In this document: positions 51,820 to 61,738 of the stretch, in pieces
Layout of the letters: every line of letters starts with the position of its first letter
Numbering within the stretch: position 1 is the first letter of the stretch
Assembly (NCBI GenBank): GCA_965261395.1
Contig: OZ253462.1
Span: 4,640,001 to 4,704,000, forward strand
Length of the DNA stretch: 64,000 bases
Direction of reading: 5' to 3'
Origin: Candidatus Latescibacterota bacterium
Lineage (GTDB): Bacteria; Latescibacterota; UBA2968; UBA8231
The notes under the pieces: model-generated
The model's database searches: none
The model's input: the letters and a program-made list of their open reading frames with translations, nothing else
What the model was told of the DNA's origin: nothing
Translations under genes and position numbers: made by a program

Positions 51820-52659
51820 ATGTTGTGCTTAGTCGTCGCCCTCGCGGCCGAGGCGCGCCCGCTGTTGGCTCCCCACCGCCTCCAAGGCGTGAGCGGCCAT
51901 CCCTATCGCATCTGCGCGGGTGAGCAGACGCACCTGATCGTCTCCGGCGTCGGCAAAGTGGCTGCCGCGGCCGCCACCGCGTACCTGCGCGCGCTAATCG
52001 GGGATGCGCCAGCGGCTTGGCTCAATATCGGCATCGCCGGCCACGGCAGCCAAGCAGTAGGCACGGCCCTGCTGGCACACAAGGTCGTGGATATAGCCAG
52101 CGGCAAGCTCTTTTACCCCACCTTCACCGCTTCCCCGCCCTGCCGCACCACCCTGCTACATACCGTAGATCGCGTGCAGCCGCCTGCCGGCGACGCCGCG
52201 TACGACATGGAGGCCAGCGGCTTTTGCGAGGCCGCGCAGCGCTTTGCCACCAGTGAGCGAGTCCACTGCCTCAAGGTCGTCTCCGACAACCCGCAATCCT
52301 CCTATCAGGAGCTCAATGCGGAGAAAGTGGAGGCGCTGATAGACGCTCAGCTCGATACGGTCGCCCAAGTTGGCGAACACTTGCGAGCGCTCAGTCAGCA
52401 ACTCCACGCACTGCACGCCGACCCGCCCGGCCTTGCCGAGTTGAATGCCCGCTGGCAATTTACCGCCACGCAGAAGCACCAGTTGCGCGGCTTGCTCGCG
52501 CGCTGGCAGGCGCTGGCACCGGAAACCCCTGCCGTCAACGACGACTTGCTGGTCTTGCAAAGCCGTGACGAGGTGCTAGCCCATCTTCAGCGGCAATTAG
52601 ACGATGTGGAGTTTTTCCTAACTTCAAAAGAGGCGCAAGATGGTCAGACAGAAGCCTAA
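51820..52659 (+). CDS. Nucleoside phosphorylase/nucleosidase (PNP_UDP) superfamily protein
   Basis: VVALAAEA, SGVGKVAAA, NIGIAG, DMEASG, KVVSDN. Confidence 0.8.
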   Translation: MLCLVVALAAEARPLLAPHRLQGVSGHPYRICAGEQTHLIVSGVGKVAAAAATAYLRALIGDAPAAWLNIGIAGHGSQAVGTALLAHKVVDIASGKLFYPTFTASPPCRTTLLHTVDRVQPPAGDAAYDMEASGFCEAAQRFATSERVHCLKVVSDNPQSSYQELNAEKVEALIDAQLDTVAQVGEHLRALSQQLHALHADPPGLAELNARWQFTATQKHQLRGLLARWQALAPETPAVNDDLLVLQSRDEVLAHLQRQLDDVEFFLTSKEAQDGQTEA

Positions 52660-52669
52660 CGGCGGTAGT

Positions 52670-52702
52670 TCAACCCAAATCTAAAAGGCGATCTAGACGA
52701 CC
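52670..52702. repeat. Left direct repeat of island 2
   Basis: tcaacccaaatctaaaaggcgatctagacgacc, 29/33 identical to 58949-58981. Confidence 0.85.
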
Positions 52703-52741
52703 TGTACGACGTTTTTTGACTCATTTAGCAAGGGAGGAGCT

Positions 52742-53530
52742 ATGATCAGCGCAGAACAATTAAGGGTCTTTGAGGAGCAGGGTGCTGTCACCATCGACAC
52801 GCCTTTGACGACCAAAGAAATCGCCGCGGCAGCAGCAGCCATCGACGCACTCCTGCCTTTTAAAGCAGCCGAACCGGACCAAGTACCGCGTTTTCGCTAC
52901 GGGGCGACCTGCAATTACTACGAGCCGGCCCTACTGGACCTGATCCAGCATCCCTTCTTTGAAGCGGTCGCCAAGCGAGTGCTGCGAGCCGATGCGATCC
53001 GCTTCTTCCAGACGGCGATTCTGGCCTCTTATCCCCAGCCGGAAAGCGAGTTCAGCTACGACCAGCACACCGATATCCAGTACAGCTTGGAGGATTGGGC
53101 CGCGACGCCACGGCGGGTCGTATGCAGTTTTTTTCTCTGGTTGACCGACGTCAACCAACGGCGTGCGCCGATGATGCACCGGCCAGGCAGCCACCGCCTC
53201 GTAGCCGCCGCGCGTTCGGCCGATCCAGTGCTAAAAGACGCGCTACCGGGGGTCCAGGGCATCAAAATGGTGGACCTGCCGCCGGAATACGACGCGCCGC
53301 AGCCGGTTTTGGCGCAAGCGGGACAGGTGACCGTGCTGACAACGTCGATGGTCCACGGCGGATCAACCAACATAGACAACGAGCCGCGCAAGGTGCTGGT
53401 TATGACCTATACTGCGGCAGGGGTCGCGATCAGCCTACCCGAAAATCAAGCGGCGACCAAGCGAGAATACGACGCTAAACTAAGAGAGCTTCTGCGGCCC
53501 GAACGGGCGCACTTAGTGGATTCGGACTAA
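52742..53530 (+). CDS. Phytanoyl-CoA dioxygenase (PhyH) family Fe(II)/2OG enzyme
   Basis: HTD (HxD), WLTDV, PGSH, VHGG..N...PR. Confidence 0.85.
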   Translation: MISAEQLRVFEEQGAVTIDTPLTTKEIAAAAAAIDALLPFKAAEPDQVPRFRYGATCNYYEPALLDLIQHPFFEAVAKRVLRADAIRFFQTAILASYPQPESEFSYDQHTDIQYSLEDWAATPRRVVCSFFLWLTDVNQRRAPMMHRPGSHRLVAAARSADPVLKDALPGVQGIKMVDLPPEYDAPQPVLAQAGQVTVLTTSMVHGGSTNIDNEPRKVLVMTYTAAGVAISLPENQAATKREYDAKLRELLRPERAHLVDSD

Positions 53531-53547
53531 ACGAACCATATATCGTA

Positions 53548-54453
53548 TTAAGCGAGATCCAAGCCGCGAGCTCGCCGTCGAGCTTGGAATCGCTCGGCAT
53601 ACACCATGCCGAGCACGCCGGCCAAGATCAAAATCCCACCGCCAGTCAGGCTCCAGGTTACTGGTTCCCCCAAGACCCAGTGGGCCAGCGCGATCTGCCC
53701 GATGGGCGTCGTAGCGGTCAGCGTACCGACCAGCACGGCACTGAACCGTTTCATGCCCTCCGAGACCAAAACAAACGCACAGCCAGTGGCCAACACGCCC
53801 AGCACGAGCACCACAATCCACGTGGCCGCCGTCGGCTCCGAGCGCAGTTGGAAATGGGTCGCGGCAAGTGCGCCCGTGACTACCACACCCATCGTCATCA
53901 TGGGGATCAGTATCGCCGCGGTCCCCGCCCGCGGCGCAAGTGCCTTGTTGGCGAGCGCGTATATCCCCCAGCCGATCCCCGCGAACAGCATCAGCACATT
54001 GCCCAGTACATAGCGCGGTGCGAACAGGTGGCCCACATCCTCGCGCACCCCCACAACCACCGCGACTCCGGCCAGCACCAGCGCCATACCCGCTATTTTC
54101 CCCGCGCCCAACCGCTCGCGCAGCACGGCGACGGCCAGCACCGTCAGCGCGACGTATTGCACTTGGACGACCAACGAGCCAGCGCTGGCCGTGGTATAAC
54201 TCAGCGACAACGCATAGAGCGAGAAGTTCAGGCTTATGCCCAGTCCCCCGATCACATGCCACCAAGACCATTGAATGTCCCGCAGGGTATGGCCGCGTGC
54301 GAAAAAGGCGACCGACACAACCGTCGCACCTTGCAGCAACCGGAGGAAGGCGATCGCGAACGGATCGAAAACGGGAAATAGCAGTTTCACCAGCACCGGG
54401 ATGACGCTCCACAACGCGAACACCCCCAGCATACACAGTATCCCGATCCCCAT
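53548..54453 (-). CDS. DMT (EamA) family transporter
   Basis: About 10 TM segments in two repeats; AFLR, VLRERL, VLGEP. Confidence 0.88.
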   Translation of the reverse strand: MGIGILCMLGVFALWSVIPVLVKLLFPVFDPFAIAFLRLLQGATVVSVAFFARGHTLRDIQWSWWHVIGGLGISLNFSLYALSLSYTTASAGSLVVQVQYVALTVLAVAVLRERLGAGKIAGMALVLAGVAVVVGVREDVGHLFAPRYVLGNVLMLFAGIGWGIYALANKALAPRAGTAAILIPMMTMGVVVTGALAATHFQLRSEPTAATWIVVLVLGVLATGCAFVLVSEGMKRFSAVLVGTLTATTPIGQIALAHWVLGEPVTWSLTGGGILILAGVLGMVYAERFQARRRARGLDLA

Positions 54454-54482
54454 CCTGCCGATCCCTCTCCTATAGGTAGGGG

Positions 54483-55619
54483 CTAGTCCTCGACGTTGAA
54501 TACGCCTCTGGAGAGGTGCCCGACGCGCAGCGCAATATCAAGCTCGCTCCTATAGCGCTTGACCAACCGCAACTCCTGCGCCGTCATCAGCGAAACCGCG
54601 CAGCCCGCTGAGCCTGCCCGGCTGGTCCGGCCGACCCGGTGCAGGTAGTCCTTGCTCTGCGTCGGGATATCAAAATTGAATACGTGCGACACGCCCCTGA
54701 TGTCGAGCCCGCGGGCGGCGATATCGGAGGCAATCAGGACCTTGGCGTCCGCCTGGCGAAAATCGTCAATGGCCTTTTTGCGCCGCGCGTTGTCGTGCGC
54801 GCCGTGCAGGTCAACGACCGCGATCTGGTGATGGGCTAGCTTTGCGGCAAGCACTTCGGCATTGGCGGTGCGGTGCATAAAAACGATAGCGCGCTCAGGG
54901 CGGAGCGCCCGGAGCAGTTTGCGCAATACCTCCGGCTTGTCGCGCTCCTCGCATTCGATATAGAAATGTTCGATCGCGGCATTGACTTGGTCGGCACCGG
55001 CGCGGATCTGCACCAAGCCGGGCGCGAGCGCTGCGGCTTCCTGCGAAGTCTCGGCCCGTTGAGTCGCGGATACGAAAACGAGTCGCCGCTCGCGCAGGGT
55101 CGCCTTGATTATGCCGCGTATCTCCGTCAGGCTCTCCCCGACCAATAGCCGATCTACCTCATCGACTATTATGCTCTTAACCGTATGCGGCTTGACCTTT
55201 CTTATCTCGATCAGCTCGCTTATGCGCCCCGGGGTCCCGACGATGATATGCGGCTTGCTCTTCAGCTTTTCCAACTGCCGCTTGGTCGAAACTCCGCCAA
55301 TAAGCGCTTGTACGCGGATAGGCAATCCGGCTTGCTGTGCCAAATCGCGGCCGACTGCAAAAATCTGCATCGCCAACTCGTGCGTCGGCACCACGATGAT
55401 CACCTGCAGGGCGCGCTGTCCGGGGTCGATCTGGGCAAATAGCGGCAACAGATACGCCAAGGTCTTGCCCGTCCCCGTTTCAGCGCTGAGATAGGCGTTT
55501 TTTCCGGCCAACAGGGCGGGTATCGCTTCGACTTGAATGACCGTGGGCTCGGTGATGCCGTCTGCCGCCAACGCCGATTCAAGCGCCGGTATTATCCCTA
55601 GGTCGCTGAAGCTCATCAT
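54483..55619 (-). CDS. DEAD/DEAH-box RNA helicase (DEVD)
   Basis: Q motif, AETGTGKT, PTHELA, GTPGR, DEVD, SAT, ARGLD, HRVGRT.R. Confidence 0.92.
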   Translation of the reverse strand: MMSFSDLGIIPALESALAADGITEPTVIQVEAIPALLAGKNAYLSAETGTGKTLAYLLPLFAQIDPGQRALQVIIVVPTHELAMQIFAVGRDLAQQAGLPIRVQALIGGVSTKRQLEKLKSKPHIIVGTPGRISELIEIRKVKPHTVKSIIVDEVDRLLVGESLTEIRGIIKATLRERRLVFVSATQRAETSQEAAALAPGLVQIRAGADQVNAAIEHFYIECEERDKPEVLRKLLRALRPERAIVFMHRTANAEVLAAKLAHHQIAVVDLHGAHDNARRKKAIDDFRQADAKVLIASDIAARGLDIRGVSHVFNFDIPTQSKDYLHRVGRTSRAGSAGCAVSLMTAQELRLVKRYRSELDIALRVGHLSRGVFNVED

Positions 55620-55656
55620 CTCGCTATAAACCTTCGCTAGTTATGCCAAAGATTAA

Positions 55657-55756
55657 GAGGCCCTAACAAAACTGGATTCCCGCTTTCGCGGGAATGACAT
55701 GGGTGGGCGGGACGCCCGCGTTCCGAGGATCGCCTAGCAGGTTTTGTTAGAATCTC
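55657..55756. mobile_element. 100-bp MITE with terminal inverted repeats and internal REP-like hairpins
   Basis: gaggccctaacaaaac ... gttttgttagaatctc (13/16 inverted), flanked by TAA on both sides; internal attcccgc-tttc-gcgggaat hairpin. Confidence 0.7.
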
Positions 55757-55764
55757 TAAGGGCA

Positions 55765-56634
55765 TCACTGCTTCACTCCCGTCAGGCTAATGCCTTCGAC
55801 GAAGTAGCGTTGGGCGGCAAAGAACAGCATCACGATCGGTATCGTCACGGCTATATTCGCGGCCATCAGCAGATTCCACTGCGTCCCGAACACGCTGGCC
55901 TGCGACCCGCGGACGAAGTTTTGCAGCGCGATGGCGAAGGTGAATTTGCTCTCGTCCTCCAGATACAGCAGCGGGGTGAAAAAGTCGTTCCAGGTCCAGA
56001 TGAAGGTAAACACGGCGACGACCATCAGCACTGGCTTGCTCAAGGGGACTACGACCCGGCAGAAAATGCCGATTTCGCTACACCCGTCGATCCGCGCCGC
56101 TTCGATGAGGCTCCCCGGAATGCCTCTAAAAAAACTGTGCAGCAGGAAGATAAAAAATGAGTTGATGGCGAAAAAAGCCGGGACCCAAAGCGGGTAGAGG
56201 GTGTCGTACCAGCCGAAATACTTCACGAAGAGCACAAACGTCGGGATAGAAAGGATGATCGCCGGCAGCATCATCGCGCTCAGCATCACTGCGAATAGCG
56301 GCCTGTTCCAACGGCATTGGTAACGAGCGAATCCCCAAGCGACCAAGGAGCAGGACGTCAGGTTGCCGATGATGTTTAGCAAGGTGACGCTGACCGTGTT
56401 TTTCAAGGCCGGCAGGAAATTGAATGGCCGATAACTCGCCGTCGGGTCAAAGAACGCCCTATAAAAATTCTCGAAATGGAACGACGTCGGGATGAGGGTC
56501 GGCTCGGGCGCATAGACTTCGGGCATGCTCTTGAGCGCAGTGCTGACCATCGCCATCACCGGCATCAGCATCAGCACGCAACCGGCGAGCAGCAACGCGT
56601 AGACGAAGGGCCGGAACGCCTTGGTCTTATTCAT
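55765..56634 (-). CDS. Carbohydrate ABC transporter permease
   Basis: EAA loop LIEAARIDG, WNDFFTPL, QRYFVEGI. Confidence 0.93.
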   Translation of the reverse strand: MNKTKAFRPFVYALLLAGCVLMLMPVMAMVSTALKSMPEVYAPEPTLIPTSFHFENFYRAFFDPTASYRPFNFLPALKNTVSVTLLNIIGNLTSCSLVAWGFARYQCRWNRPLFAVMLSAMMLPAIILSIPTFVLFVKYFGWYDTLYPLWVPAFFAINSFFIFLLHSFFRGIPGSLIEAARIDGCSEIGIFCRVVVPLSKPVLMVVAVFTFIWTWNDFFTPLLYLEDESKFTFAIALQNFVRGSQASVFGTQWNLLMAANIAVTIPIVMLFFAAQRYFVEGISLTGVKQ

Positions 56635-57529
56635 CGTCCGGTGCCCATCTCTTCTTTAGGTAAAACTGCACGAGGGTCATCATCAATATCGCGACCATCA
56701 GGATCCAGGCCAGGGCGCAGGCGAGCCCGAACCTGCCGTACTGGAAGGCGTTCTCGTAGATATTGAGCACGTAGAAAAACACCGCCTTCTCGTCGATGTT
56801 GGCCCCGCCGATACTGCGAAAGACGAAAGCCTGCGTAAAGACCTGGAACGAAGCGATAATACCGACGACGATATTGAAAAATATGACGGGAAATATGGCG
56901 GGGACCGTCACGTAGCAGAAGCGCTGCCAAGTGTTGGCACCATCAACTGTCGCCGCTTCGCTGAGACTCTTCGGCACTTCCTGTAGCCCCGCGAGGAAGA
57001 TCATCATGGTATTGCCGAAACCCCATACGGCGATCATGACTAGGCACCCCAGCGTATGATCCATGAGCCAGTCGGGGCCGTCGCCGCCGAGAATGGCCGT
57101 GTAGGCCGTGTTGAGATAGCCGTATTTGGGGTTGAAGACGAACGCCCAAGTGATCGTCGTCGCCACCGCCGGCAAGAGCGAGGGCAGGAAGAAAACGGTG
57201 CGGAAGTAGCTCATCCCCTTGATCTTGGGCACGTTGAGCATCAGCGCCGCGAGCAGGGCCACCGACACACCAAGCGGCACCGCGAGCACGCTATAGGCGA
57301 TGGTCACTTTCACGCTATTGTAGAAACTCGGCTCCCAGCCCTTGAAGATCACCGCGTAATTGTCGAGGCCGACCCATCGGGGCGGGTCGCTGATCGAATA
57401 CTTGGTAAACGACAGATAGACCGAGCTGAGCACCGGCCCGAGGATAAACACCGTGAACCCGACCAGCCACGGCGAGATAAAGAGGAAGAAATACCGGGTA
57501 TCCCGACTTTTTTCGTTCAAACTCGCCAC
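56627..57529 (-). CDS. Carbohydrate ABC transporter permease
   Basis: FISPWLVGF, WVGLDNY, FLAGLQ.VP..L.EAATVDGA. Confidence 0.93.
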   Translation of the reverse strand: MASLNEKSRDTRYFFLFISPWLVGFTVFILGPVLSSVYLSFTKYSISDPPRWVGLDNYAVIFKGWEPSFYNSVKVTIAYSVLAVPLGVSVALLAALMLNVPKIKGMSYFRTVFFLPSLLPAVATTITWAFVFNPKYGYLNTAYTAILGGDGPDWLMDHTLGCLVMIAVWGFGNTMMIFLAGLQEVPKSLSEAATVDGANTWQRFCYVTVPAIFPVIFFNIVVGIIASFQVFTQAFVFRSIGGANIDEKAVFFYVLNIYENAFQYGRFGLACALAWILMVAILMMTLVQFYLKKRWAPDDE

Positions 57530-57532
57530 TCC

Positions 57533-58882
57533 TTATCGCCCGGCATAATCGTACTCGGGGTTGGGGCGGTCGATCATTTTCATGGCGTTGGTCACCTCTG
57601 CGGCGATGGCCCTACCACATTCTTCAGCCGTCAATTCGCCGGCGAGCATCGCCGCTACGTACGGCAGGGCGTGACGCTGGGCCAGCGCCGCAAACTCCGG
57701 CAATAGCGACTGGTCGCGCAGCGCTGTTGCGTAGGCGTCGAAGACGATGCCCTTGTTCTGCGGATCCACCGCGTAGCGGCCGTTGACGTCCTTGGTGAAA
57801 AACTCGGCGGCGGCAACCGACTTGCGCACGGGCACATAGCCGGCGGCGCAGAGTTTGCGGTGGCTCTCGTAACTGGCGAAGTACTTGATAAAATCCCAGG
57901 CCAGTTCCCGGTGCGGGCTCTTCTTGTTGATACCCATACCGACCGCAACCCTTTCGCTGCCGCGATTGTTGCTCGGATGCTTGGGCAGGAGCGCGACGTC
58001 CCAGCGAAACTCGGCGTTCTTGCGCAACCCGACCCAGTTTTCGGTATGCCCGCCCCATTCCATCGCCGAATGCTGGTTGACGAACATATACGGCAAGATG
58101 TTTTTGGGCTCCGGGCTTACTTTATGCACGTTGACGAGATCGTTAAAAAACTGCAAAGCCTCAATCGCCGGCGGAGCATCCATCGGGCTGTGGTGCCAAT
58201 CGTCGCCGATGAACTGGCCGCCGGCCTGATGCACATGGCAGAGCCACTCCACCCACCATCCGGCAACGATCGTCGTGCCGTATTTGTCCTCGCCCCGCCC
58301 GCGGTAGAACTGAGTCAATTCCCGCGCCTGCTCCACATAGTCTTCCCAGGTCCAGTCGTTGTTCGGCAGCGCGACACCGGCTGCGGCGAACATATCGATA
58401 TTGTAGTAGAGCAGCGATACATTAAAAAAATAAGGGACGAGGAACAGGTCGCCGGCGAAGCGGCAGCTTTCTATGATATCCGGATAGAAATCGTCGGGTT
58501 GGTGTTCGGCTTGGTCCTTGGCGACCAGATCGTCTAGCGGCAGCATCACGTTTTTGTAGCGATGCAAAGAAAACGTGTTGGTCGAGATAATATCGGGCAG
58601 CTTATTGGCCGCCTCGTAGATCGAAGCCTTTTGGTTGATATCGTCGATCAGCACGATGACGACATCGGGATGCTGCGCTTCGAATTCCCGCTTTACAGCA
58701 TTCCACACCTCGTTGATTTCGGACAGGTTCATTTCGAAGGAAACGCGCAGCACCCGCTTGCCGGCGTGCTGGTCTTCGAGCGAGGTGCCACGGGTCAAAT
58801 TGGCCAGTATAACCACCGACGCGACCAGCAATGCCAGCACGACAAAAGGCCCGTTCAGGGATACGCGTCGTTTATCCGCCAA
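57533..58882 (-). CDS. Sugar ABC transporter substrate-binding protein
   Basis: FEAQHPDV, LYYNIDMFAAAGV..P..WTWED, AWDFIKY; N-terminal anchor. Confidence 0.9.
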   Translation of the reverse strand: MADKRRVSLNGPFVVLALLVASVVILANLTRGTSLEDQHAGKRVLRVSFEMNLSEINEVWNAVKREFEAQHPDVVIVLIDDINQKASIYEAANKLPDIISTNTFSLHRYKNVMLPLDDLVAKDQAEHQPDDFYPDIIESCRFAGDLFLVPYFFNVSLLYYNIDMFAAAGVALPNNDWTWEDYVEQARELTQFYRGRGEDKYGTTIVAGWWVEWLCHVHQAGGQFIGDDWHHSPMDAPPAIEALQFFNDLVNVHKVSPEPKNILPYMFVNQHSAMEWGGHTENWVGLRKNAEFRWDVALLPKHPSNNRGSERVAVGMGINKKSPHRELAWDFIKYFASYESHRKLCAAGYVPVRKSVAAAEFFTKDVNGRYAVDPQNKGIVFDAYATALRDQSLLPEFAALAQRHALPYVAAMLAGELTAEECGRAIAAEVTNAMKMIDRPNPEYDYAGR

Positions 58883-58948
58883 TGTTCAACTTCTTCATTG
58901 CCAACCTTCCTTTGCGTGAAGGCTTTTTTCCCCGTATGTATAACCTAC

Positions 58949-58981
58949 TCAACCTATAGCTAAAAGGCGATCTGGACGACC
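58949..58981. repeat. Right direct repeat of island 2
   Basis: tcaacctatagctaaaaggcgatctggacgacc; reads LKGDLDDPF*, ending 2 nt before the next ATG. Confidence 0.85.
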
Positions 58982-58991
58982 CTTTCTGAAC

Positions 58992-59999
58992 ATGTTCGAT
59001 TTCATCTACGCCGAAGAGGCCATCCTCGACCACCCGCGCACCCGTGCCCTGCTGACCCGCTTCCCTCGCGCTCAGCTAGTCCCCTGTGCCCGCTACGGGG
59101 AAGTCTTCAACCGCACGGCGCAAAACTTCCGCCTGCAAAAGCGCCGCCCCGCGCTCATCCTCGCCCACAAGGCCGGACGACGCGTCCTCCCCGCACCCGA
59201 CGGCTACGGCATCGGCGGCGAGCGCAATTACTATTTTTCGCATCTACTCAACTGCCCCTACGACTGCCGCTACTGCTTCCTCCAGGGCCTGTATCGTTCG
59301 GCGCACTTGGTCCTCTTTGTCAACTACGAAGACTTCCAGCAGGACATCGCCGCACACATCGCCGCGGACGCACCCGATACGCCCTATTTCTTCTCCGGCT
59401 ACGACTGCGACAGCCTCGCGCTGGAGGGCATTACCCATTTTACAGCCGACTTCCTCCCCTTCTTTGCCGACCATCCGCAGGCGTACTTTGAATTGCGCAC
59501 CAAGAGCGTGCGCAGCAAAACCCTACTCGCCACCGAGCCGCTATCCAACTGCGTCGTCGCCTTCAGCATGACCCCGCCGGCCCTAGCCGATCAATTCGAG
59601 GCCGGCGCGCCTCCAGTCGCCCGGCGCTTGGAGGCCATCGCCGCCCTGCAAGAGCGCGGCTGGCCCATCGGGCTGCGCTTTGATCCGCTGATCTACGACC
59701 ACGCCTACGAAGAGCGATACCGCGACCTGTTCGCCCTCGTGTTCTCCAAGGTTCGTCGCGAGGGCCTGCACTCGGTTAGCTTGGGCCAGTTCCGCCTGCC
59801 GCAGGGCATGTACAAAACCATGCACAAGCTCTACCCGGACGAAAAGCTCCTCGCTTATGGCTTGGAAGAAAAAGACGGCATGGTCTCCTATCGGCCCACC
59901 TTGGCCCAAAAGCTACACGACTTTTGCGCGGATCAATTGCTCCAGTACATTCCCGCCGAGCTTTTCTTCCCCTGTCCCTCCACCACCCTACAGGTCTGA
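58992..59999 (+). CDS. Spore photoproduct lyase (SplB)-like radical SAM protein
   Basis: NCPYDCRYCFLQG (CxxxCxxC), ELRTKS, RLEAI, LRFDPLI. Confidence 0.85.
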   Translation: MFDFIYAEEAILDHPRTRALLTRFPRAQLVPCARYGEVFNRTAQNFRLQKRRPALILAHKAGRRVLPAPDGYGIGGERNYYFSHLLNCPYDCRYCFLQGLYRSAHLVLFVNYEDFQQDIAAHIAADAPDTPYFFSGYDCDSLALEGITHFTADFLPFFADHPQAYFELRTKSVRSKTLLATEPLSNCVVAFSMTPPALADQFEAGAPPVARRLEAIAALQERGWPIGLRFDPLIYDHAYEERYRDLFALVFSKVRREGLHSVSLGQFRLPQGMYKTMHKLYPDEKLLAYGLEEKDGMVSYRPTLAQKLHDFCADQLLQYIPAELFFPCPSTTLQV

Positions 60000-60000
60000 T

Positions 60001-60711
60001 ATGCGCGTCTTAGTCACCGGTGCCAGTTCCGGCATTGGCCGCGCCGTCTGTGAAAGGCTGCTCGCCGACGGCCATAGCGCCATCGGCATTGCCCGCGACT
60101 TCGGCAAATTTCCCTGCGCTGACCACCGCTTCGAGCCACACGCCATCGACCTCGCCGACCTCGACCAACTCCCCGAGCACCTACAGACCCTCGTCGCCGC
60201 CTACCCAGCCCTCGACGCCCTAGTCCTCAACGCCGGCGTCGGCCGCTTCGGCACCCTAGAGCAATTCTCCTACAGCCAAATCCGCGCCCTGATTGATCTC
60301 AACTTCACCAGTCACGTCTTCGTCGCCCGCGCGTTCCTGCCCACGCTCAAAAAGGCCGGGCGCGGGCACTTGGTCTTTATGGGATCGGAGGCCGCGCTCG
60401 CTGGCACCGCCCAAGGCAGCTTGTATTGCGCGGCTAAATTCGCCCTGCGCGGCCTCGCCCAAGCCCTGCGCGCCGAGTGCGCCCGCGCTGGCATCCGCGT
60501 AACCTTGGTCAACCCCGGTATGGTCCAATCCCCCTTTTTCGACGAATTAGACTTTCGGCCCGGCCCGGCCTTTGACAACTACATCCTGCCGGAAGATGTC
60601 GCCGAGGTCATCGTCCAAGCCCTGACAGCGCGCGACGGCACGGTACTCGACGAAATCAACCTCTCGCCGCAAAAAAAAGTGATCGAGTTTGGCGCAAAAA
60701 ATAAAAAGTAG
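60001..60711 (+). CDS. Short-chain dehydrogenase/reductase
   Basis: LVTGASSGIG, NAG, YCAAK; ATG at 60001. Confidence 0.92.
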   Translation: MRVLVTGASSGIGRAVCERLLADGHSAIGIARDFGKFPCADHRFEPHAIDLADLDQLPEHLQTLVAAYPALDALVLNAGVGRFGTLEQFSYSQIRALIDLNFTSHVFVARAFLPTLKKAGRGHLVFMGSEAALAGTAQGSLYCAAKFALRGLAQALRAECARAGIRVTLVNPGMVQSPFFDELDFRPGPAFDNYILPEDVAEVIVQALTARDGTVLDEINLSPQKKVIEFGAKNKK

Positions 60712-60766
60712 CGGGCGCTAGCTGTTTGGTGTTTAACCCGTACCCATAGCAAGGAACCCAACGACC

Positions 60767-61666
60767 ATGCCCCAACGCACCCTTATCGTCTTGCTCATCG
60801 CCATCTGTACCCTCTCGTCCGGCTGCGCCACGGTCCGCCATGGACTAGGCCGTGCCCTCGTCCCGGACCAAATCGAATTCCTACTCGGTGCCCAAGTCTC
60901 CGCCCAAATCGAGGAAAACGAGCGCATCCATCCCTCGGCACCTCTCCAAGCCTACGTCCAGCGCGTCACCGAAGGCTTGCTCAAAGCACCCCGTACCGAT
61001 GGCACCGAAGGCAGCGAATACGCACAACGCGACGCCTACTCAACCCAACATGCCCTGCGCGACCGCCCCGGTGTCCGCTACCGAGTGAAGGTCTTAGACG
61101 ATCCTGAGCAGGTAAACGCGTTTGCCGTCCCTGGCGGCTATCTCTACGTCTATAGTGGCCTGCTGCTGATCGCCGAAGATGAGGCCGAACTAGCCGGAGT
61201 TCTAGCCCACGAAATCGGCCACATCGTCGGTCGCCACTCCATCAACCAACTCGTCTCCCAATTGGGCATGGATATCCTCAAGGACCTAGCGTTTGGCGAA
61301 GACCCGCATCAGATCGGCCAAATCGCCTCCCAGCTCGCCAATGCCCGTTTTAGCCGCGACGACGAGCTCGAAGCCGATACCTTCGGCGTCCGCTACGCCA
61401 TCGAGGCCGGGTACGACCCGCGCGGCCTGCTGCGCTTTTTTGAGAAGCTGAAAAAGCTGGAAGCGCATCGGCGCTCCGACCTAGAACAACTCTTCGCCAG
61501 CCACCCGCCTACCGGCGAGCGAATCCGCCGTATCGAGCGCTTGATCGACCAGTACGGAGCCAGCGGGGGGCAGCGCTACCACGCGCGGTTTGTGCGGGAG
61601 ACCACCGTTTTGCGGCGCAAGCGCACCCCTGACACCATCTTTGACCGCCTTCGCCGGCTCGAGTAG
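60767..61666 (+). CDS. M48 family metallopeptidase lipoprotein
   Basis: SGC lipobox, VNAFAVPGG, HEIGH, ELEAD, SHP. Confidence 0.9.
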   Translation: MPQRTLIVLLIAICTLSSGCATVRHGLGRALVPDQIEFLLGAQVSAQIEENERIHPSAPLQAYVQRVTEGLLKAPRTDGTEGSEYAQRDAYSTQHALRDRPGVRYRVKVLDDPEQVNAFAVPGGYLYVYSGLLLIAEDEAELAGVLAHEIGHIVGRHSINQLVSQLGMDILKDLAFGEDPHQIGQIASQLANARFSRDDELEADTFGVRYAIEAGYDPRGLLRFFEKLKKLEAHRRSDLEQLFASHPPTGERIRRIERLIDQYGASGGQRYHARFVRETTVLRRKRTPDTIFDRLRRLE

Positions 61667-61738
61667 CGCTCCCATTGTCCCGGTTCAATCCAACCCCTAC
61701 CTTCTTGGAAGTTTTTTCACGCCTCCGAGGAAATCTAA

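Larger units (their letters stand above)
52703..58948. mobile_element. Genomic island 2 (no integrase)
   Basis: Bounded by a 33-bp imperfect direct repeat; unrelated cargo between co-oriented phosphorylase-like and radical SAM genes. Confidence 0.7.

Noticed and set aside
55661-55751. Integron attC site (CTAAC...GTTAG)
   Set aside because: Ends do not fit RYYYAAC/GTTRRRY, the interior is not one long imperfect hairpin, and there is no array or intI. A MITE explains it better
60986-61050. Inserted palindromic element inside the M48 peptidase gene
   Set aside because: A ~20-aa extra segment seems present, but I found no inverted repeat, duplication or second copy in the window
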